From Auanema rhodensis (Eukaryota; Animalia; Nematoda), in contig OZ059900.1 in assembly GCA_964057225.1 (NCBI GenBank), forward strand, positions 15,562,001-15,626,000: a stretch of DNA of 64,000 nucleotides, read 5' to 3'. Made by a program: the position numbers and the translations under genes. Positions 15,001 to 28,728 of the stretch are shown here, piece after piece. Each line of letters opens with the position of its first letter. Positions within the stretch are counted from its first letter, which is position 1. The notes beneath the pieces were generated by a model. It saw only the letters and a list, made by a program, of their open reading frames with translations. It did not search any database and was not told where the DNA came from.

Positions 15001-17100
15001 TTGCATTTGACGACTCATATGAACAAAAATCGATTTAATCAATATTAGCCATAAAGGGCGTGCCCTCAGAATATGCTAATTTCCTTAATTTTCTAACCCC
15101 TGTTTTTTTGTCGTGAAAGTGGAACTAGACATTGTATTAACAATTTTGAGCTAGGTTTCATTGACATTGCATGAGTTTGAACACATGAAATCGTAAGTCA
15201 AAACCTTGTTTACAGCGAAATTTCCAAAAACTGGTTTTCCAGCATAATAAAATATTTCTCATGGGTAATACTGTGTTTTTGTATTTTTCTAGTGTTCAGC
15301 ATGTAAAATGCTTCATTTTAGTATGTAACACGCTGAAATTCGTTGCATTTGACGACTCATATGAACAAAAATCGATTTAATCAATATTAGCCATAAGGGG
15401 CGTGCCCTCAGAATATGCTAATTTCCTTAATTTTCTAACCCCTGTTTTTTTGTCGTGAAAGTGGAACTAGACGTTGTACGAACAATTTTGAGCTAGGTTT
15501 CATTGACATTGCATGAGTTTGAACACATGAAATCGTAAGTCAAAACCTTGTTTACAGCGAAATTTCCAAAAACTGGTGTTCCAGCATAATAAAATATTTC
15601 TCATGGGAAATACTGTGTTTTTGTATTTTTCTAGTGTTCAGCATGTAAAATGCTTCATTTTAGTATGTAACACGCTGAAATTCGTTGCATTTGACGACTC
15701 ATATGAACAAAAATCGATTTAATCAATATTAGCCATAAGGGGCGTGCCCTCAGAATATGCTAATTTCCTTAATTTTCTAACCCCTGTTTTTTTGTCGTGA
15801 AAGTGGAACCAGACGTTGTACGAACAATTTTGAGCTAGGTTTCATTGACATTGCATGAGTTTGAACACATGAAATCGTAAGTCAAAACCTTGTTTACAGC
15901 GAAATTTCCAAAAACTGGTTTTCCAGCATAATAAAATATTTCTCATGGGAAATACTGTGTTTTTGTATTTTTCTAGTGTTCAGCATGTGAAATGCTTCAT
16001 TTTAGTATGTAACACGCTGAAATTCGTTGCATTTGACGACTCATATGAACAAAAATCGATTTAATCAATATTAGCCATAAAGGGCGTGCCCTCAGAATAT
16101 GCTAATTTCCTTAATTTTCTAACCCCTGTTTTTTTGTCGTGAAAGTGGAACTAGACGTTGTACGAACAATTGTGAGCTAGGTTTCATTGACATTGCATGA
16201 GTTTGAACACATGAAATCGTAAGTCAAAACCTTGTTTACAGCGAAATTTCCAAAAACTGGTTTTCCAGCATAATAAAATATTTCTCATGGGAAATACTGT
16301 GTTTTTGTATTTTTCTAGTGTTCAGCATGTAAAATGCTTCATTTTAGTATGTAACACGCTGAAATTCGTTGCATTTGACGATTCATATGAACAAAAATCG
16401 ATTTAATCAATATTAGCCATAAGGGGCGTGCCCTCAGAATATGCTAATTTCCTTAATTTTCTAACCCCTGTTTTTTTGTCGTGAAAGTGGAACTAGACGT
16501 TGTACGAACAATTGTGAGCTAGGTTTCATTGACATTGCATGAGTTTGAACACATGAAATCGTAAGTCAAAACCTTGTTTACAGCGAAATTTCCAAAAACT
16601 GGTTTTCCAGCATAATAAAATATTTCTCATGGGAAATACTGTGTTTTTGTATTTTTCTAGTGTTCAGCATGTAAAATGCTTCATTTTAGTATGTAACACG
16701 CTGAAATTCGTTGCATTTGACGACTCATATGAACAAAAATCGATTTAATCAATATTAGCCATAAAGGGCGTGCCCTCAGAATATGCTAATTTCCTTAATT
16801 TTCTAACCCCTGTTTTTTTGTCGTGAAAGTGGAACTAGACATTGTATTAACAATTTTGAGCTAGGTTTCATTGACATTGCATGAGTTTGAACACATGAAA
16901 TCGTAAGTCAAAACCTTGTTTACAGCGAAATTTCCAAAAACTGGTTTTCCAGCATAATAAAATATTTCTCATGGGTAATACTGTGTTTTTGTATTTTTCT
17001 AGTGTTCAGCATGTAAAATGCTTCATTTTAGTATGTAACACGCTGAAATTCGTTGCATTTGACGACTCATATGAACAAAAATCGATTTAATCAATATTAG

Positions 17101-20100
17101 CCATAAGGGGCGTGCCCTCAGAATATGCTAATTTCCTTAATTTTCTAACCCCTGTTTTTTTGTCGTGAAAGTGGAACTAGACGTTGTACGAACAATTTTG
17201 AGCTAGGTTTCATTGACATTGCATGAGTTTGAACACATGAAATCGTAAGTCAAATCCTTGTTTACAGCGAAATTTCCAAAAACTGGTGTTCCAGCATAAT
17301 AAAATATTTCTCATGGGAAATACTGTGTTTTTGTATTTTTCTAGTGTTCAGCATGTGAAATGCTTCATTTTAGTATGTAACACGCTGAAATTCGTTGCAT
17401 TTGACGACTCATATGAACAAAAATCGATTTAATCAATATTAGCCATAAGGGGCGTGCCCTCAGAATATGCTAATTTCCTTAATTTTCTAACCCCTGTTTT
17501 TTTGTCGTGAAAGTGGAACCAGACGTTGTACGAACAATTTTGAGCTAGGTTTCATTGACATTGCATGAGTTTGAACACATGAAATCGTAAGTCAAAACCT
17601 TGTTTACAGCGAAATTTCCAAAAACTGGTTTTCCAGCATAATAAAATATTTCTCATGGGAAATACTGTGTTTTTGTATTTTTCTAGTGTTCAGCATGTAA
17701 AATGCTTCATTTTAGTATGTAACACGCTGAAATTCGTTGCATTTGACGACTCATATGAACAAAAATCGATTTAATCAATATTAGCCATAAGGGGCGTGCC
17801 CTCAGAATATGCTAATTTCCTTAATTTTCTAACCCCTGTTTTTTTGTCGTGAAAGTGGAACCAGACGTTGTACGAACAATTTTGAGCTAGGTTTCATTGA
17901 CATTGCATGAGTTTGAACACATGAAATCGTAAGTCAAAACCTTGTTTACAGCGAAATTTCCAAAAACTGGTTTTCCAGCATAATAAAATATTTCTCATGG
18001 GAAATACTGTGTTTTTGTATTTTTCTAGTGTTCAGCATGTAAAATGCTTCATTTAAGTATGTAACACGCTGAAATTCGTTGCATTTGACGACTCATATGA
18101 ACAAAAATCGATTTAATCAATATTAGCCATAAGGGGCGTGCCCTCAGAATATGCTAATTTCCTTAATTTTCTAACCCCTGTTTTTTTGTCGTGAAAGTGG
18201 AACTAGACGTTGTACGAACAATTTTGAGCTGGGTTTCATTGACATTGCATGAGTTTGAACACATGAAATCGTAAGTCAAAACCTTGTTTACAGCAAAATT
18301 TCCAAAAACTGGTTTTCCAGCATAATAAAATATTTCTCATGAGAAATACTGTGTTTTTGTATTTTTCTAGTGTTCAGCATGTAAAATGCTTCATTTTAGT
18401 ATGTAACACGCTGAAATTCGTTGCATTTGACGACTCATATGAACAAAAATCGATTTAATCAATATTAGCCATAAGGGGCGTGCCCTCAGAATATGCTAAT
18501 TTCCTTAATTTTCTAACCCCTGTTTTTTTGTCGTGAAAGTGGAACTAGACGTTGTACGAACAATTTTGAGCTAGGTTTCATTTACATTGCATGAGTTTGA
18601 ACACATGAAATCGTAAGTCAAAACCTTGTTTACAGCGAAATTTCCAAAAACTGGTTTTCCAGCATAATAAAATATTTCTCATGGGAAATACTGTGTTTTT
18701 GTATTTTTCTAGTGTTCAGCATGTAAAATGCTTCATTTTAGTATGTAACACGCTGAAATTCGTTGCATTTGACTACTCATATGAACAAAAATCGATTTAA
18801 TCAATATTAGCCATAAGGGGCGTGCCCTCAGAATATGCTAATTTCCTTAATTTTCTAACCCCTGTTTTTTCGTCGTGAAAGTGGAACTAGACGTTGTACA
18901 AACAATTTTGAGCTAGGTTTCATTGACATTGCATGAGTTTGAACACATGAAATCGTTAGTCAAAACCTTGTTTACAGCGAAATTTCCAAAAACTGGTTTT
19001 CCAGCATAATAAAATATTTCTCATGAGAAATACTGTGTTTTTGTATTTTTCTAGTGTTCAGCATGTAAAATGCTTCATTTTAGTATGTAACACGCTGAAA
19101 TTCGTTGCATTTGATGACTCATATGAACAAAAATCGATTTAATCAATATTAGCCATAAGGGGCGTGCCCTCAGAATATGCTAATTTCCTTAATTTTCTAA
19201 CCCCTGTTTTTTTGTCGTGAAAGTGGAACTAGACGTTGTACGAACAATTTTGAGCTGGGTTTCATTGACATTGCATGAGTTTGAACACATGAAATCGTAA
19301 GTCAAAACCTTGTTTACAGCGAAATTTCCAAAAACTGGTTTTCCAGCATAATAAAATATTTCTCATGGGAAATACTGTGTTTTTGTATTTTTCTAGTGTT
19401 CAGCATGTAAAATGCTTCATTTTAGTATGTAACACGCTGAAATTCGTTGCATTTGACGACTCATATGAACAAAAATCGATTTAATCAATATTAGCCATAA
19501 AGGGCGTGCCCTCAGAATATGCTAATTTCCTTAATTTTCTAACCCCTGTTTTTTTGTCGTGAAAGTGGAACTAGACGTTGTACGAACAATTTTGAGCTAG
19601 GTTTCATTGACATTGCATGAGTTTGAACACATGAAATCGTAAGTCAAATCCTTGTTTACAGCGAAATTTCCAAAAACTGGTGTTCCAGCATAATAAAATA
19701 TTTCTCATGGGAAATACTGTGTTTTTGTATTTTTCTAGTGTTCAGCATGTGAAATGCTTCATTTTAGTATGTAACACGCTGAAATTCGTTGCATTTGACG
19801 ACTCATATGAACAAAAATCGATTTAATCAATATTAGCCATAAGGGGCGTGCCCTCAGAATATGCTAATTTCCTTAATTTTCTAACCCCTGTTTTTTTGTC
19901 GTGAAAGTGGAACCAGACGTTGTACGAACAATTTTGAGCTAGGTTTCATTGACATTGCATGAGTTTGAACACATGAAATCGTAAGTCAAAACCTTGTTTA
20001 CAGCGAAATTTCCAAAAACTGGTTTTCCAGCATAATAAAATATTTCTCATGGGAAATACTGTGTTTTTGTATTTTTCTAGTGTTCAGCATGTAAAATGCT

Positions 20101-21888
20101 TCATTTTAGTATGTAACACGCTGAAATTCGTTGCATTTGACGACTCATATGAACAAAAATCGATTTAATCAATATTAGCCATAAGGGGCGTGCCCTCAGA
20201 ATATGCTAATTTCCTTAATTTTCTAACCCCTGTTTTTTTGTCGTGAAAGTGGAACCAGACGTTGTACGAACAATTTTGAGCTAGGTTTCATTGACATTGC
20301 ATGAGTTTGAACACATGAAATCGTAAGTCAAAACCTTGTTTACAGCGAAATTTCCAAAAACTGGTTTTCCAGCATAATAAAATATTTCTCATGGGAAATA
20401 CTGTGTTTTTGTATTTTTCTAGTGTTCAGCATGTAAAATGCTTCATTTAAGTATGTAACACGCTGAAATTCGTTGCATTTGACGACTCATATGAACAAAA
20501 ATCGATTTAATCAATATTAGCCATAAGGGGCGTGCCCTCAGAATATGCTAATTTCCTTAATTTTCTAACCCCTGTTTTTTTGTCGTGAAAGTGGAACTAG
20601 ACGTTGTACGAACAATTTTGAGCTGGGTTTCATTGACATTGCATGAGTTTGAACACATGAAATCGTAAGTCAAAACCTTGTTTACAGCAAAATTTCCAAA
20701 AACTGGTTTTCCAGCATAATAAAATATTTCTCATGAGAAATACTGTGTTTTTGTATTTTTCTAGTGTTCAGCATGTAAAATGCTTCATTTTAGTATGTAA
20801 CACGCTGAAATTCGTTGCATTTGACGACTCATATGAACAAAAATCGATTTAATCAATATTAGCCATAAGGGGCGTGCCCTCAGAATATGCTAATTTCCTT
20901 AATTTTCTAACCCCTGTTTTTTTGTCGTGAAAGTGGAACTAGACGTTGTACGAACAATTTTGAGCTAGGTTTCATTTACATTGCATGAGTTTGAACACAT
21001 GAAATCGTAAGTCAAAACCTTGTTTACAGCGAAATTTCCAAAAACTGGTTTTCCAGCATAATAAAATATTTCTCATGGGAAATACTGTGTTTTTGTATTT
21101 TTCTAGTGTTCAGCATGTAAAATGGTTCATTTTAGTATGTAACACGCTGAAATTCGTTGCATTTGACTACTCATATGAACAAAAATCGATTTAATCAATA
21201 TTAGCCATAAGGGGCGTGCCCTCAGAATATGCTAATTTCCTTAATTTTCTAACCCCTGTTTTTTCGTCGTGAAAGTGGAACTAGACGTTGTACAAACAAT
21301 TTTGAGCTAGGTTTCATTGACATTGCATGAGTTTGAACACATGAAATCGTTAGTCAAAACCTTGTTTACAGCGAAATTTCCAAAAACTGGTTTTCCAGCA
21401 TAATAAAATATTTCTCATGAGAAATACTGTGTTTTTGTATTTTTCTAGTGTTCAGCATGTAAAATGCTTCATTTTAGTATGTAACACGCTGAAATTCGTT
21501 GCATTTGATGACTCATATGAACAAAAATCGATTTAATCAATATTAGCCATAAGGGGCGTGCCCTCAGAATATGCTAATTTCCTTAATTTTCTAACCCCTG
21601 TTTTTTTGTCGTGAAAGTGGAACTAGACGTTGTACGAACAATTTTGAGCTGGGTTTCATTGACATTGCATGAGTTTGAACACATGAAATCGTAAGTCAAA
21701 ACCTTGTTTACAGCGAAATTTCCAAAAACTGGTTTTCCAGCATAATAAAATATTTCTCATGGGAAATACTGTGTTTTTGTATTTTTCTAGTGTTCAGCAT
21801 GTAAAATGCTTCATTTTAGTATGTAACACGCTGAAATTCGTTGCATTTGACGACTCATATGAACAAAAATCGATTTAATCAATATTAG
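17101..21888. repeat. 7-monomer higher-order unit (2,394 bp) duplicated in tandem
   Basis: Same ordered SNP series at 17101-19494 and 19495-21888: CAAATCC/GGTGTT/GTGAAA; GAACC; GAACC+ATTTAAG; CTGGG+CAGCAA+GAGAAA; TTTAC+GACTAC; TTCGTC+GTACA+CGTTAG+GATGAC; CTGGG. Confidence 0.88.
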
Positions 21889-24800
21889 CCATAAGGGGCG
21901 TGCCCTCTGAATATGCTAATTTCCTTAATTTTCTAACCCCTGTTTTTTTGTCGTGAAAGTGGAACTAGACGTTGTACGAACAATTTTGAGCTAGGTTTCA
22001 TTGACATTGCATGAGTTTGAACACATGAAATCGTAAGTCAAAACCTTGTTAACAGCGAAATTTCCAAAAACTGGTTTTTCAGCATAATAAAATATTTCTC
22101 ATGAGAAATACTGTGTTTTTGTATTTTTCTAGTGTTCAGCATGTAAAATGCTAAATTTTAGTATGTAACACGCTGAAATTCGTTGCATTTGACGACTCAT
22201 ATGAACGAAAATCGATTTAATCAATATTAGCCATAAAGGGCGTGCCCTCAGAATATGCTAATTTCCTTAATTTTCTAACCCCTGTTTTTTTGTCGTGAAA
22301 GTAGAACTAGACGTTGTACAAACAATTTTGAGCTAGGTTTCATTGACATTGCATGAGTTTGAACACATGAAATCGTAAGTCAAAACCTTGTTTACAGCGA
22401 AATTTCCAAAAACTGGTTTTCCAGCATAATAAAATATTTCTCATGGGAAATACTGTGTTTTTGTATTTTTCTAGAGTTCAGCATGTGAAATGCTTCATTT
22501 TAGTATGTAACACGCTGAAATTCGTTGCATTTGACGACTCATATGAACAAAAATCGATTTAATCAATATTAGCCATAAGGGGCGTGCCCTCAGAATATGC
22601 TAATTTCCTTAATTTTCTAACCCCTGTTTTTTTGTCGTGAAAGTGGAACTAGACGTTGTACGAACAATTTTGAGCTAGGTTTCATTGACATTGCATGAGT
22701 TTGAACACATGAAATCGTAAGTCAAAACCTTGTTTACAGCGAAATTTCCAAAAACTGGTTTTCCAGCATAATAAAATATTTCTCATGGGAAATACTGTGT
22801 TTTTGTATTTTTCTAGTGTTCAGCATGTAAAATGCTTCATTTTAGTATGTAACACGCTGAAATTCGTTGCATTTGACGACTCATATGAACAAAAATCGAT
22901 TTAATCAATATTAGCCATAAAGGGCGTGCCCTCAGAATATGCTAATTTCCTTAATTTTCTAACCCCTGTTTTTTTGTCGTGAAAGTGGAACTAGACGTTG
23001 TAGGAACAATTTTGAGCTAGGTTTCATTGACATTGCATGAGTTTGAACACATGAAATCGTAAGTCAAAACCTTGTTTACAGCGAAATTTTCAAAAACTGG
23101 TTTTCCAGCATAATAAAATATTTCTCATGGGAAATACTGTGTTTTTGTATTTTTCTAGTGTTCAGCATGTAAAATGCTTCATTTTAGTATGTAACACGCT
23201 GAAATTCGTTGCATTTGACGACTCATATGAACAAAAATCGATTTAATCAATATTAGCCATAAAGGGCGTGCCCTCAGAATATGCTAATTTCCTTAATTTT
23301 CTAACCCCTGTTTTTTTGTCGTGAAAGTGGAACTAGACATTGTATTAACAATTTTGAGCTAGGTTTCATTGACATTGCATGAGTTTGAACACATGAAATC
23401 GTAAGTCAAAACCTTGTTTACAGCGAAATTTCCAAAAACTGGTTTTCCAGCATAATAAAATATTTCTCATGGGTAATACTGTGTTTTTGTATTTTTCTAG
23501 TGTTCAGCATGTAAAATGCTTCATTTTAGTATGTAACACGCTGAAATTCGTTGCATTTGACGACTCATATGAACAAAAATCGATTTAATCAATATTAGCC
23601 ATAAGGGGCGTGCCCTCAGAATATGCTAATTTCCTTAATTTTCTAACCCCTGTTTTTTTGTCGTGAAAGTGGAACTAGACGTTGTACGAACAATTTTGAG
23701 CTAGGTTTCATTGACATTGCATGAGTTTGAACACATGAAATCGTAAGTCAAAACCTTGTTTACAGCGAAATTTCCAAAAACTGGTGTTCCAGCATAATAA
23801 AATATTTCTCATGGGAAATACTGTGTTTTTGTATTTTTCTAGTGTTCAGCATGTAAAATGCTTCATTTTAGTATGTAACACGCTGAAATTCGTTGCATTT
23901 GACGACTCATATGAACAAAAATCGATTTAATCAATATTAGCCATAAGGGGCGTGCCCTCAGAATATGCTAATTTCCTTAATTTTCTAACCCCTGTTTTTT
24001 TGTCGTGAAAGTGGAACCAGACGTTGTACGAACAATTTTGAGCTAGGTTTCATTGACATTGCATGAGTTTGAACACATGAAATCGTAAGTCAAAACCTTG
24101 TTTACAGCGAAATTTCCAAAAACTGGTTTTCCAGCATAATAAAATATTTCTCATGGGAAATACTGTGTTTTTGTATTTTTCTAGTGTTCAGCATGTGAAA
24201 TGCTTCATTTTAGTATGTAACACGCTGAAATTCGTTGCATTTGACGACTCATATGAACAAAAATCGATTTAATCAATATTAGCCATAAAGGACGTGCCCT
24301 CAGAATATGCTAATTTCCTTAATTTTCTAACCCCTGTTTTTTTGTCGTGAAAGTGGAACTAGACGTTGTAGGAACAATTTTGAGCTAGGTTTCATTGACA
24401 TTGCATGAGTTTGAACACATGAAATCGTAAGTCAAAACCTTGTTTACAGCGAAATTTCCAAAAACTGGTTTTCCAGCATAATAAAATATTTCTCATGGGA
24501 AATACTGTGTTTTTGTATTTTTCTAGTGTTCAGCATGTAAAATGCTTCATTTTAGTATGTAACACGCTGAAATTCGTTGCATTTGACGATTCATATGAAC
24601 AAAAATCGATTTAATCAATATTAGCCATAAGGGGCGTGCCCTCAGAATATGCTAATTTCCTTAATTTTCTAACCCCTGTTTTTTTGTCGTGAAAGTGGAA
24701 CTAGACGTTGTACGAACAATTGTGAGCTAGGTTTCATTGACATTGCATGAGTTTGAACACATGAAATCGTAAGTCAAAACCTTGTTTACAGCGAAATTTC

Positions 24801-27800
24801 CAAAAACTGGTTTTCCAGCATAATAAAATATTTCTCATGGGAAATACTGTGTTTTTGTATTTTTCTAGTGTTCAGCATGTAAAATGCTTCATTTTAGTAT
24901 GTAACACGCTGAAATTCGTTGCATTTGACGACTCATATGAACAAAAATCGATTTAATCAATATTAGCCATAAAGGGCGTGCCCTCAGAATATGCTAATTT
25001 CCTTAATTTTCTAACCCCTGTTTTTTTGTCGTGAAAGTGGAACTAGACATTGTATTAACAATTTTGAGCTAGGTTTCATTGACATTGCATGAGTTTGAAC
25101 ACATGAAATCGTAAGTCAAAACCTTGTTTACAGCGAAATTTCCAAAAACTGGTTTTCCAGCATAATAAAATATTTCTCATGGGTATTACTGTGTTTTTGT
25201 ATTTTTCTAGTGTTCAGCATGTAAAATGCTTCATTTTAGTATGTAACACGCTGAAATTCGTTGCATTTGACGACTCATATGAACAAAAATCGATTTAATC
25301 AATATTAGCCATAAGGGGCGTGCCCTCTGAATATGCTAATTTCCTTAATTTTCTAACCCCTGTTTTTTTGTCGTGAAAGTGGAACTAGACGTTGTACGAA
25401 CAATTTTGAGCTAGGTTTCATTGACATTGCATGAGTTTGAACACATGAAATCGTAAGTCAAAACCTTGTTAACAGCGAAATTTCCAAAAACTGGTTTTTC
25501 AGCATAATAAAATATTTCTCATGAGAAATACTGTGTTTTTGTATTTTTCTAGTGTTCAGCATGTAAAATGCTAAATTTTAGTATGTAACACGCTGAAATT
25601 CGTTGCATTTGACGACTCATATGAACGAAAATCGATTTAATCAATATTAGCCATAAAGGGCGTGCCCTCAGAATATGCTAATTTCCTTAATTTTCTAACC
25701 CCTGTTTTTTTGTCGTGAAAGTAGAACTAGACGTTGTACAAACAATTTTGAGCTAGGTTTCATTGACATTGCATGAGTTTGAACACATGAAATCGTAAGT
25801 CAAAACCTTGTTTACAGCGAAATTTCCAAAAACTGGTTTTCCAGCATAATAAAATATTTCTCATGGGAAATACTGTGTTTTTGTATTTTTCTAGAGTTCA
25901 GCATGTGAAATGCTTCATTTTAGTATGTAATACGCTGAAATTCGTTGCATTTGACGACTCATATGAACAAAAATCGATTTAATCAATATTAGCCATAAGG
26001 GGCGTGCCCTCAGAATATGCTAATTTCCTTAATTTTCTAACCCCTGTTTTTTTGTCGTGAAAGTGGAACTAGACGTTGTACGAACAATTTTGAGCTAGGT
26101 TTCATTGACATTGCATGAGTTTGAACACATGAAATCGTAAGTCAAAACCTTGTTTACAGCGAAATTTCCAAAAACTGGTTTTCCAGCATAATAAAATATT
26201 TCTCATGGGAAATACTGTGTTTTTGTATTTTTCTAGTGTTCAGCATGTAAAATGCTTCATTTTAGTATGTAACACGCTGAAATTCGTTGCATTTGACGAC
26301 TCATATGAACAAAAATCGATTTAATCAATATTAGCCATAAAGGGCGTGCCCTCAGAATATGCTAATTTCCTTAATTTTCTAACCCCTGTTTTTTTGTCGT
26401 GAAAGTGGAACTAGACGTTGTAGGAACAATTTTGAGCTAGGTTTCATTGACATTGCATGAGTTTGAACACATGAAATCGTAAGTCAAAACCTTGTTTACA
26501 GCGAAATTTTCAAAAACTGGTTTTCCAGCATAATAAAATATTTCTCATGGGAAATACTGTGTTTTTGTATTTTTCTAGTGTTCAGCATGTAAAATGCTTC
26601 ATTTTAGTATGTAACACGCTGAAATTCGTTGCATTTGACGACTCATATGAACAAAAATCGATTTAATCAATATTAGCCATAAAGGGCGTGCCCTCAGAAT
26701 ATGCTAATTTCCTTAATTTTCTAACCCCTGTTTTTTTGTCGTGAAAGTGGAACTAGACATTGTATTAACAATTTTGAGCTAGGTTTCATTGACATTGCAT
26801 GAGTTTGAACACATGAAATCGTAAGTCAAAACCTTGTTTACAGCGAAATTTCCAAAAACTGGTTTTCCAGCATAATAAAATATTTCTCATGGGTAATACT
26901 GTGTTTTTGTATTTTTCTAGTGTTCAGCATGTAAAATGCTTCATTTTAGTATGTAACACGCTGAAATTCGTTGCATTTGACGACTCATATGAACAAAAAT
27001 CGATTTAATCAATATTAGCCATAAGGGGCGTGCCCTCAGAATATGCTAATTTCCTTAATTTTCTAACCCCTGTTTTTTTGTCGTGAAAGTGGAACTAGAC
27101 GTTGTACGAACAATTTTGAGCTAGGTTTCATTGACATTGCATGAGTTTGAACACATGAAATCGTAAGTCAAAACCTTGTTTACAGCGAAATTTCCAAAAA
27201 CTGGTGTTCCAGCATAATAAAATATTTCTCATGGGAAATACTGTGTTTTTGTATTTTTCTAGTGTTCAGCATGTAAAATGCTTCATTTTAGTATGTAACA
27301 CGCTGAAATTCGTTGCATTTGACGACTCATATGAACAAAAATCGATTTAATCAATATTAGCCATAAGGGGCGTGCCCTCAGAATATGCTAATTTCCTTAA
27401 TTTTCTAACCCCTGTTTTTTTGTCGTGAAAGTGGAACCAGACGTTGTACGAACAATTTTGAGCTAGGTTTCATTGACATTGCATGAGTTTGAACACATGA
27501 AATCGTAAGTCAAAACCTTGTTTACAGCGAAATTTCCAAAAACTGGTTTTCCAGCATAATAAAATATTTCTCATGGGAAATACTGTGTTTTTGTATTTTT
27601 CTAGTGTTCAGCATGTGAAATGCTTCATTTTAGTATGTAACACGCTGAAATTCGTTGCATTTGACGACTCATATGAACAAAAATCGATTTAATCAATATT
27701 AGCCATAAAGGGCGTGCCCTCAGAATATGCTAATTTCCTTAATTTTCTAACCCCTGTTTTTTTGTCGTGAAAGTGGAACTAGACGTTGTAGGAACAATTT

Positions 27801-28728
27801 TGAGCTAGGTTTCATTGACATTGCATGAGTTTGAACACATGAAATCGTAAGTCAAAACCTTGTTTACAGCGAAATTTCCAAAAACTGGTTTTCCAGCATA
27901 ATAAAATATTTCTCATGGGAAATACTGTGTTTTTGTATTTTTCTAGTGTTCAGCATGTAAAATGCTTCATTTTAGTATGTAACACGCTGAAATTCGTTGC
28001 ATTTGACGATTCATATGAACAAAAATCGATTTAATCAATATTAGCCATAAGGGGCGTGCCCTCAGAATATGCTAATTTCCTTAATTTTCTAACCCCTGTT
28101 TTTTTGTCGTGAAAGTGGAACTAGACGTTGTACGAACAATTGTGAGCTAGGTTTCATTGACATTGCATGAGTTTGAACACATGAAATCGTAAGTCAAAAC
28201 CTTGTTTACAGCGAAATTTCCAAAAACTGGTTTTCCAGCATAATAAAATATTTCTCATGGGAAATACTGTGTTTTTGTATTTTTCTAGTGTTCAGCATGT
28301 AAAATGCTTCATTTTAGTATGTAACACGCTGAAATTCGTTGCATTTGACGACTCATATGAACAAAAATCGATTTAATCAATATTAGCCATAAAGGGCGTG
28401 CCCTCAGAATATGCTAATTTCCTTAATTTTCTAACCCCTGTTTTTTTGTCGTGAAAGTGGAACTAGACATTGTATTAACAATTTTGAGCTAGGTTTCATT
28501 GACATTGCATGAGTTTGAACACATGAAATCGTAAGTCAAAACCTTGTTTACAGCGAAATTTCCAAAAACTGGTTTTCCAGCATAATAAAATATTTCTCAT
28601 GGGTATTACTGTGTTTTTGTATTTTTCTAGTGTTCAGCATGTAAAATGCTTCATTTTAGTATGTAACACGCTGAAATTCGTTGCATTTGACGACTCATAT
28701 GAACAAAAATCGATTTAATCAATATTAG
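21889..28728. repeat. 10-monomer higher-order unit (3,420 bp) duplicated in tandem
   Basis: The 7-SNP marker monomer (CTCTG, GTTAAC, TTTTTC, GAGAAA, GCTAAA, AACGAA) occurs at 21889 and 25309. Each is followed by the same ordered series (GTAGA/AGAGTT; consensus; ATTTTC; GGTAAT; GGTGTT; GAACC; GACGATT; TGTGAG; GGTATT). Confidence 0.88.
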
